A stretch of 21,154 nucleotides of DNA from a virus. Position 1 is the stretch's first letter. Each line of letters opens with the position of its first letter. Below, piece by piece: positions 15,028-21,154 of the stretch. A program made the position numbers and the translations under genes. The stretch lies in IMG/VR virus record IMGVR_UViG_3300031463_000268; one strand, written 5' to 3'. Under the pieces are notes generated by a model, which was given only the letters and a program-made list of their open reading frames with translations, did no database searches and was not told where the DNA came from.

Positions 15028-15369
15028 GTGCCTAACCCCGGATTGAAACGCTTTCAGCAGACCCTCTACAAGTATGGTGCTGATGCTATCCTCACCCACA
15101 GGGAAATGAAGGGTCGCGATGAGAGAGGCCAACCAGTAATGGAGGACACACAACACACTATTAAAGTATTTTTCCATGTGAACACAGGGAACGAGAGGTT
15201 AATCATTGGCCAGCATGTTGTAGATTATGACGCATACGCATTAACAATCAGAGACCTAGAGGTTGACGAGGGGGATAAACTGGAAGTAGGGGGAAGGGAA
15301 TACACAGTCAGCCTGATAATTCCTAACAGGACGCATCAGGAGTTACACTTGAAACGGGTGAGAACATGA
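15028..15369 (+). CDS. Head closure protein (gp16/FII-like)
   Basis: Beta-rich; EGDKLEVGGREYTV; synteny. Confidence 0.7.
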   Translation: MPNPGLKRFQQTLYKYGADAILTHREMKGRDERGQPVMEDTQHTIKVFFHVNTGNERLIIGQHVVDYDAYALTIRDLEVDEGDKLEVGGREYTVSLIIPNRTHQELHLKRVRT

Positions 15370-15770
15370 CAATAAGGATTGATATAGAGAAGCCAGAGGA
15401 ACTCCTGAGTAAATATGATGAAGTGGATGATCGTATTGAGCAGACAGTCACACTTCTCATGATAGAACTTGAGGAAATAGCTATGAACACAGCCCCCATC
15501 AAGACAGGTGAACTTCGTATCAGCCACACATGGAGCGTGAATGGATCAGTGGGGGAGATGACCAACACAGTACCATACTTGCAATGGGTCCTCTATGGAA
15601 GGGGATGGGTGTTCCCCGTGGAGAAAAAGGCCCTCTATTGGGAGGAACTGTTACATCCTGTGGCCTATGCCAGGCCAGCCCCGCCGAATGATTATTTCTC
15701 TGCAGCCGTTGCCTATATAGATGCGAAAGGTATCGTGGAGGATTCATTTATCGAGTGGCTGATATCATGA
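15366..15770 (+). CDS. HK97 gp10-like neck protein
   Basis: TAPIKTGELRIS motif followed by NTVPYLQWVLYG. Confidence 0.8.
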   Translation: MTIRIDIEKPEELLSKYDEVDDRIEQTVTLLMIELEEIAMNTAPIKTGELRISHTWSVNGSVGEMTNTVPYLQWVLYGRGWVFPVEKKALYWEELLHPVAYARPAPPNDYFSAAVAYIDAKGIVEDSFIEWLIS

Positions 15771-16174
15771 ACTCATTGGAACTTGCATTCAAGGAGAAAC
15801 TGGAATCAATGGGTATCAGTGACACTGTTGTCCTGGACTTTAATGAGAAAATTGAGGGCGAATCAGTCATCATAGTGAGCTTAAAGCAGTTGAAGAAACT
15901 GGAGCCGGTCCTTGATGGGAAAATCTACAGGGCCACAATAGAGGGGCATCTCACGGGTGTGTGGAAAGTTGTTGGCAATAGCGTCACAATGGCCGTTAAA
16001 AAAAGGAATGATGCATTAGAGGCTATCATGAGAGAATTTCTCTACACAAAGGTCGGCGGTGCGCGTGTACGCCTACTTAGGTGGGATAAGGACATCAGGC
16101 AGGACATAGTGAATGATAGAAGATATTATGTCCTCTTTGATGTTACGCTTGAGATTGAATTGAATATGAGGTGA
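15767..16174 (+). CDS. Probable tail terminator
   Basis: Synteny before the tail tube gene; ATGA coupling; alternative start GTG 15755. Confidence 0.55.
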   Translation: MNSLELAFKEKLESMGISDTVVLDFNEKIEGESVIIVSLKQLKKLEPVLDGKIYRATIEGHLTGVWKVVGNSVTMAVKKRNDALEAIMREFLYTKVGGARVRLLRWDKDIRQDIVNDRRYYVLFDVTLEIELNMR

Positions 16175-16179
16175 TGGAT

Positions 16180-16905
16180 ATGATTGTGGATAAACTAGCA
16201 GAAACTATACTGACAGGGGAGAACGTTGGGTTCTTCCTTGGGATACCTGTGCAGGATGAAACCCCAATAGGGGATATAGACGGGACGAATAAGGATTTTT
16301 ATGTGAATAATCCTCCAATATTCCCCAGGAGCTGCGATGACCTGACAGTGAAACCAGCAGATGTGACAGTGACAGTGGATGGTTCACCAGCAACAGTATC
16401 AAGCATCCTCTTCGACGAGGATGAAGGATACGCTAAAGGTTTCAGTCTCGCATCAGCACCAGACACAGGGGATAATGTGAAAGTATCATATGTGGAGGAG
16501 ATGGAACCATTCCTTGCCCAGGATGTCACCCCTGATGTGAAGCAGGACACAAAGGAGGTCAGCATATTAAATGAGTCGGCGAAGATAACAAGCTACGCTG
16601 GCACAACAATCACCCTAAAATCTGAGCAGATACTCTCCAAAAACGGGTTGGAGCAGTTCAGGAAACTAATGTACTACAAAGTGGGTGAAACCACAGGGGC
16701 CGAGCAATATAAACTCCATGACAAACCCATCAACCTATACGGGTACACCGTGTACCACGTGGATGGGGAGACACTGGGACGGTTCTACTTTGAAAATGTG
16801 AAACTGAAACCTGACATACCCGGAGGTAAAGCAGGGGACAACCTGTCATTTACCCTTGAGATGACCGTCGCAGACACACCAACACTAGTAATACCAAAAA
16901 TATGA
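16180..16905 (+). CDS. Major tail tube protein with an inserted beta-sandwich domain
   Basis: Synteny; beta-rich C-terminus FYFENVKL...SFTLEMTV; ATG 16180 behind GAGGTGA. Confidence 0.75.
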   Translation: MIVDKLAETILTGENVGFFLGIPVQDETPIGDIDGTNKDFYVNNPPIFPRSCDDLTVKPADVTVTVDGSPATVSSILFDEDEGYAKGFSLASAPDTGDNVKVSYVEEMEPFLAQDVTPDVKQDTKEVSILNESAKITSYAGTTITLKSEQILSKNGLEQFRKLMYYKVGETTGAEQYKLHDKPINLYGYTVYHVDGETLGRFYFENVKLKPDIPGGKAGDNLSFTLEMTVADTPTLVIPKI

Positions 16906-16913
16906 GGGAATAT

Positions 16914-17483
16914 ATGACTTCACCTAAACGCTTCTCTTTTTTCAAGAAGAAAAAATTAGATCTTAACGGAACAGAAGTAGAAATTGAAGGGTACAGGGTC
17001 ATTGACAGTGAATACGTAATACCATTGATCGAGAAGAGAAATGAGGCCCTAGAGATCGGGGCAACATACCAACGCTTTATAGAAAAAATCGAGAAAAAGA
17101 AGGAAATATCAAAAGAAGACGCGAAAAAGATCAAAGAACTCAAAGACAAGATAGATAAACTCACAGTTGAAGTCAGCAAGGTAAGCTACCCACTGGCACA
17201 GCGGGGAATCAAAAGAGCACTATACAAGAACACACAAGAATACAGGGAAGCAGAGTCCCATGGCAACCTTACTGAGTACCTTGACAGTTTACCAGATGTG
17301 GAATTAGCGCCGTATATGGTCACAGAGATCGTGAATATCATGTTAGAGCTGGGGAACCCTGATATCATAGGGGTATCCACTGATGAACTAGACCCTAGGG
17401 GTACTGAAAATACTGAAAAAAAGAGTGGAACCCGGAGGAGGAGTGGATCTCCCTCAAAAGGGGGATCTACCAGCTCAGCATGA
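16914..17483 (+). CDS. Tail assembly chaperone (G-like)
   Basis: Between the tail tube and tape measure genes; ends shortly after an A AAA AAG slippery site. Confidence 0.75.
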   Translation: MTSPKRFSFFKKKKLDLNGTEVEIEGYRVIDSEYVIPLIEKRNEALEIGATYQRFIEKIEKKKEISKEDAKKIKELKDKIDKLTVEVSKVSYPLAQRGIKRALYKNTQEYREAESHGNLTEYLDSLPDVELAPYMVTEIVNIMLELGNPDIIGVSTDELDPRGTENTEKKSGTRRRSGSPSKGGSTSSA

Positions 17484-17653
17484 AGACAGGGTGGAGCTTA
17501 AGGGAGATACTTGAACTTGAGTACAGTGTATTCATAGAATATCACCTGGCTCATATGGAACCCCCCAGGGTGAAACCCTCCAAGGAGGAGATTGAGAAAA
17601 AACTAGAGGCCCTCAAAAGGATAAATTATTCTTTAAATGATGAGGACGAATAA
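17417..17653 (+). CDS. -1 frameshift extension of the tail chaperone (GT-like)
   Basis: A AAA AAG at 17417-17423 in the correct phase; the -1 frame is open for [35 protein letters not shown]...NDEDE up to TAA 17651-17653. Confidence 0.8.
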   Translation, partial: KKEWNPEEEWISLKRGIYQLSMKTGWSLREILELEYSVFIEYHLAHMEPPRVKPSKEEIEKKLEALKRINYSLNDEDE

Positions 17654-18343
17654 GATGATCATAGCGGTTATTAATTGGACTGATCTAAGAGGTTTAGGGT
17701 TATCTTTCCTGTAGATTATACTTAGTGCAGTGAGGATTGGAACTAGGAACATGATAGTCAGGGCCATGATACCCTCACTTTCACTTGCAGTGGGGTTGAT
17801 CAGAAGTAATGCAATGTAACTTCCTAGGAGGATGGCTGTTGCGTGGAGGACATGGAAACCTCCTTCTACTTCCCTGGGCCCTTCTTTATCAGAATCTCCT
17901 TTAATAGTGCCAAGCACTCCTTCAATGGTTAGGACCGCCCCTGCTAGTAATCCTAATATACCGAAGGCACCATAGATCAGGCTTTTAGGGTCATGGATGA
18001 CGATTATGCCTAATATGAGGAATAGGATACCCTCAATGGCAAGTAATTCTTTAGGGTTTTTTTCGCGGAGGATTATGGCTGATATGATTATAGCTGGCAA
18101 AATAAATAATATCAATTCTATTAGAGTCAGTTCTATATCCCCTAAATTCTGGATACCTCCATTTGTAGCTGCCACTAACCACATAAATGCAAGGTATATG
18201 CTGCATTTTAATACACTTAGATCTTCGTCTTTCTCTAGGTTCCCCCCGCATTCACATGTGTAATCCTTGGGGTTTTCATCATCTTTTAGGGTGTACTCCC
18301 GGCCACACTCCTTACATTTAACCTTCAAGTGAGACACCCCCAT
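17633..18343 (-). CDS. Moron: N-terminal zinc ribbon plus multi-pass membrane protein
   Basis: CKECG...CECGG followed by about 7 hydrophobic segments; opposite strand; own BRE/TATA-like GAAAAAA-TTTAATTA at 18378-18364; AT-richer than the flanks. Confidence 0.85.
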   Translation of the reverse strand: MGVSHLKVKCKECGREYTLKDDENPKDYTCECGGNLEKDEDLSVLKCSIYLAFMWLVAATNGGIQNLGDIELTLIELILFILPAIIISAIILREKNPKELLAIEGILFLILGIIVIHDPKSLIYGAFGILGLLAGAVLTIEGVLGTIKGDSDKEGPREVEGGFHVLHATAILLGSYIALLLINPTASESEGIMALTIMFLVPILTALSIIYRKDNPKPLRSVQLITAMIILFVLII

Positions 18344-18394
18344 AATAATGTTATGTTAATAAGTAATTAAATTTTTTCATGGAGGCTTATTTCT

Positions 18395-21154
18395 TTGAGT
18401 GATCATAGCCTTGCTGTGCAGGTTCAGATGGATGCTGAGGAAGTGTTGAACGGTTTGAATGAGATTAACAATATGTTATCGAATCTTCCAGGTTCAGTGG
18501 AAGTCGATTTCACCAGTGAAGATGCAATCACTCCTATCCTTGAATCTATCCAGGAGGGTTTGAACAGCCTGCCCTCAGATGTTGAAATCGCTATCTCAGC
18601 ATTCGATGACTTCGCCACAGAGACCATCACAAATCTTAAAGACCTTGTAGAGGCATTGCCATCAGAAGTGAATGTGAACCTCACAGCAGAGGATAATGCA
18701 TCGGATCTGCTTGATTCTTTGAAGGAGAAACTCTCTGAGGAATTCAACATAACATTGAACGTAGAGGATAACGCTACTGAAACACTTACAAACCTGAAAA
18801 ACATCCTTGACGAACTCCCATCCACCGTGGATATCTCCTTGAACGTAGAGGATAACGCTACAGAAATTATTGAAAGACTCCATGACCTCCTAGGGGATAT
18901 CCCTGATGAAGTCACAACCACAGTGAACGCTGAAGTTAATGAAGGGGAGGTGGAGGACCTTAAGACTAAACTTGAGGAGATCGATGGGACCACATATGAT
19001 GCTACGGTTAATGTGGATACGGAATCAATTGAAACAGCTGCAGAAACAACAAATACTTTCAATGGAGCTATCGACGGTTTAACTTCTAAAGTCGCTGGCT
19101 TAACGGCGGGATTCTTATCATATAATAAAACACTCGAACTCCTAGATTATAATAGGATAATTGAGCAGTCAGCAATCCTCACAAATGCAACTCAAAGTCA
19201 GAGAGAAGCCATGGAGGATCTAATCCGTGAAAACTATGTCTACTCACTAGGGATGAAGGGAACAGCGTCAGTGATGTACACACTTGCAGCCTACACCAAT
19301 GATGTGAACCTGACTATGGGATACTTTAAAGCAGCCCTTCTTGGGGTTAAAAGGAGTGGCGAGGATGCCACTGCAGTGACACTGGCACTTGCAAGGATCT
19401 TCAGAGACTTCAATGTCAATGTACAAGAATCGACGGATACCGTGAACCTGCTACTTGGGTTATGGAGAGTTTCAGGTTACTCCTCATTCACACAGTTCAT
19501 TGATACCGTTGATCGCCTTGGGTATTTTTTCAGGCAGGCAGGTTTGAGTGTGGAGGACACAGCCAGGATAATTGCATCAGTAGGCCCTGTTGGCACACGA
19601 CTTCTGAGACCATTCGCTAAAGAGTTAACTGAAATCTCAAGGGAATGGGAGAGGGGTGGTACGGGTGTCCAGGAATACGGTGATAAACTTGAAAAGTTTG
19701 GCGTGGCTGTGAAAGACGCTCATGGTAATATCAGACCATTCCGTGATGTGCTTTTTGATTTTATAGAGGTTCTTTCTCGGATTCCTGATCAGCAGGAACG
19801 TGTTAGGGTGGCCACTGAGGTTTTTGGTGAATCGGTGGGGCCAGCGCTGGCACAGGTGGCAAGTAACTGGAAAACCACGGGTAAGGTAACTGAAGAGGAA
19901 TCTGAGAGGATGAACAAAGCGCTCGGTAAATCAGCGGAAAAACATAGGGATATATTAGGATGGATAAGGTACTATCTGGATCAGTTCGTGATATGGTTGA
20001 ACGATTTTTTCGGTGACATGGGCCTAATCGGAGAATCACTGCTTGTTGGGGTATTCACAAAAGCCGCTGAGTACCTTGCCGAAGGCTTAAAGAGACTCAT
20101 CCCACGTGTCACTGGGGCTATCAGGAGGCTATTGTCCGACGGATTCGATGAATTGAAGGGAAGGTTGCCTGAGGAACTGTCACGCCGCCTCATAGATACA
20201 TTATCTGAAGGATTTGATAAGGCGGCGGGCAAAGCAAAGGATATCATTAAGGGGTTTATTGACACGATTAAGAGGATCCTTGGTGATGAGACAGGCCGTT
20301 TAACACCTAAAATTGAGATCCCTGCAGAATTCAAATTCAAACTCCCCAAAATAGATTTAACTATAGGGGATACTCAGATTGATGACGCTGCAAGGACCCT
20401 CCTAGAGAGATTCACGGGGGGTGTTGATGACGCTGCAAGGGTTAGTATCCCTAAGTTAGGGTCCCGTATAGGATCCTTGCTTATACGGGGTATTGGTGAG
20501 GGTGTGGGTGCGGCTCTCATGACCGTGGACATCCTCGCAAACTTCAGGCAATACCTGAGTGATGCTCTCACAGATCCTACTCAACTATTTGGGCCTATAG
20601 CATACACGACCCCTGAACCTGTCAGGAGGATCTTCAGCCCTGAGAACCTCTTAAAGAGGTTGTACGGCCCTGAGGAGTGGGAGAAGAGGAAGGGTATCCT
20701 CATGGATAATACTAAAAAGTATGTAGAGGATCCCATCCGCGAGCAGCTCCGAAAGTTCGCTGAGAACCCGCCAGGGTACCTCATCCAGGGATTCAGTCAG
20801 ATGTGGAATGATTTCAAATCATGGGTATCATCTCATATACCCAAGTTCAGATGGCCAAGACTTCCCAGCCTCAGCATACCTAACCCTGTGACTGCTATCC
20901 AATCCGCTTGGGCCAAATTCACGTCATGGGTATCATCCAATATACCCCGATTCAGGTGGCCACGCCTACCTAACATCACAATACCCAACATAGTCGGAGC
21001 TATCCAATCCGCTTGGGCCAAATTCAGGTCATGGGTATCATCCAATATACCCCGATTCAGGTGGCCACGCCTACCTAACATCACAATACCCAACATAGTC
21101 GGAGCTATCCAATCCGCTTGGGCCAAATTCAGGTCATGGGTATCATCCAATATA
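18395..21154 (+). CDS. Tape measure protein, 3' end beyond the window
   Basis: TTG 18395 behind GGAGG; 920 uninterrupted codons to the window edge; LEKFGVAVKDAHGNIRPFRDVL is a typical TMP core motif; amphipathic repeats. Confidence 0.92.
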   Translation, partial: MSDHSLAVQVQMDAEEVLNGLNEINNMLSNLPGSVEVDFTSEDAITPILESIQEGLNSLPSDVEIAISAFDDFATETITNLKDLVEALPSEVNVNLTAEDNASDLLDSLKEKLSEEFNITLNVEDNATETLTNLKNILDELPSTVDISLNVEDNATEIIERLHDLLGDIPDEVTTTVNAEVNEGEVEDLKTKLEEIDGTTYDATVNVDTESIETAAETTNTFNGAIDGLTSKVAGLTAGFLSYNKTLELLDYNRIIEQSAILTNATQSQREAMEDLIRENYVYSLGMKGTASVMYTLAAYTNDVNLTMGYFKAALLGVKRSGEDATAVTLALARIFRDFNVNVQESTDTVNLLLGLWRVSGYSSFTQFIDTVDRLGYFFRQAGLSVEDTARIIASVGPVGTRLLRPFAKELTEISREWERGGTGVQEYGDKLEKFGVAVKDAHGNIRPFRDVLFDFIEVLSRIPDQQERVRVATEVFGESVGPALAQVASNWKTTGKVTEEESERMNKALGKSAEKHRDILGWIRYYLDQFVIWLNDFFGDMGLIGESLLVGVFTKAAEYLAEGLKRLIPRVTGAIRRLLSDGFDELKGRLPEELSRRLIDTLSEGFDKAAGKAKDIIKGFIDTIKRILGDETGRLTPKIEIPAEFKFKLPKIDLTIGDTQIDDAARTLLERFTGGVDDAARVSIPKLGSRIGSLLIRGIGEGVGAALMTVDILANFRQYLSDALTDPTQLFGPIAYTTPEPVRRIFSPENLLKRLYGPEEWEKRKGILMDNTKKYVEDPIREQLRKFAENPPGYLIQGFSQMWNDFKSWVSSHIPKFRWPRLPSLSIPNPVTAIQSAWAKFTSWVSSNIPRFRWPRLPNITIPNIVGAIQSAWAKFRSWVSSNIPRFRWPRLPNITIPNIVGAIQSAWAKFRSWVSSNI
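20894..21154 (+). repeat. 105-bp (35-aa) near-identical tandem repeats in the tape measure gene
   Basis: Units start at 20894, 20999 and 21104, with a diverged unit at about 20789; peptide AIQSAWAKFRSWVSSNIPRFRWPRLPNITIPNIVG. Confidence 0.95.

Larger units (their letters stand above)
440..21154 (+). mobile_element. Integrated head-tail archaeal provirus (psiM2/psiM100-like siphovirus), left part; left boundary approximate
   Basis: Integrase next to a host gene, then early regulators, TerS/TerL, portal, MuF, protease, HK97-type capsid, neck, tail tube, chaperone and tape measure in canonical siphovirus order. GGTGA/GGAGGTGA ribosome binding sites are typical of methanogens. attR is not in the window, so attL cannot be pinned. 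Confidence 0.95.

Noticed and set aside
20379-20440. 17-bp direct repeat TTGATGACGCTGCAAGG in the TMP gene
   Set aside because: It is an in-frame DDAAR duplication, adequately explained by TMP repeat evolution.
18424-21150. Minus-strand ORFs (212, 122, 105 aa and others) opposite the tape measure gene
   Set aside because: They are shadow frames of the uninterrupted + strand TMP, which the ORF track missed because it has no stop in the window.
1-21154. Diversity-generating retroelement or invertible tail-fibre system
   Set aside because: No reverse transcriptase, no adenine-specific TR/VR pair and no invertase are present in this window; tail-tip genes lie beyond the right edge and cannot be assessed.

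Overview
The window holds the 5' end of a host isocitrate/isopropylmalate dehydrogenase-family gene (aksF-like, minus strand, 1-385). It is followed by about 20.7 kb of an integrated archaeal siphovirus of the Methanothermobacter psiM1/psiM2/psiM100 type; this family assignment rests on recalled similarity of the portal, capsid and terminase and was not searched. Gene order is: tyrosine integrase; a structured intergenic region; a hidden 57-aa RHH repressor divergent from an early operon (OB-fold SSB-like, SWIM, wHTH and several RHH proteins); a 125-bp tandem palindromic repeat (probable origin); a decayed antitoxin/PIN pair; a split TFB-like gene pair; a holin-like cassette; TerS/TerL, portal, MuF, protease-scaffold, major capsid, neck, tail tube and tail chaperone with a -1 frameshift; an antisense membrane-protein moron; and a tape measure gene that runs off the right edge. 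The most notable observations are four. (1) A virus-encoded TFB mimic is split into a cyclin-repeat gene and a Zn-ribbon gene just before the late genes. (2) A hairpin behind the repressor gene carries an exact copy of the first early gene's SD and start codon, so the repressor-strand RNA would be antisense to it. (3) The origin-like repeats show fully compensatory palindrome changes. (4) The PIN toxin is switched off by one extra G in a G7 tract, and its partner gene has lost its 5' end.
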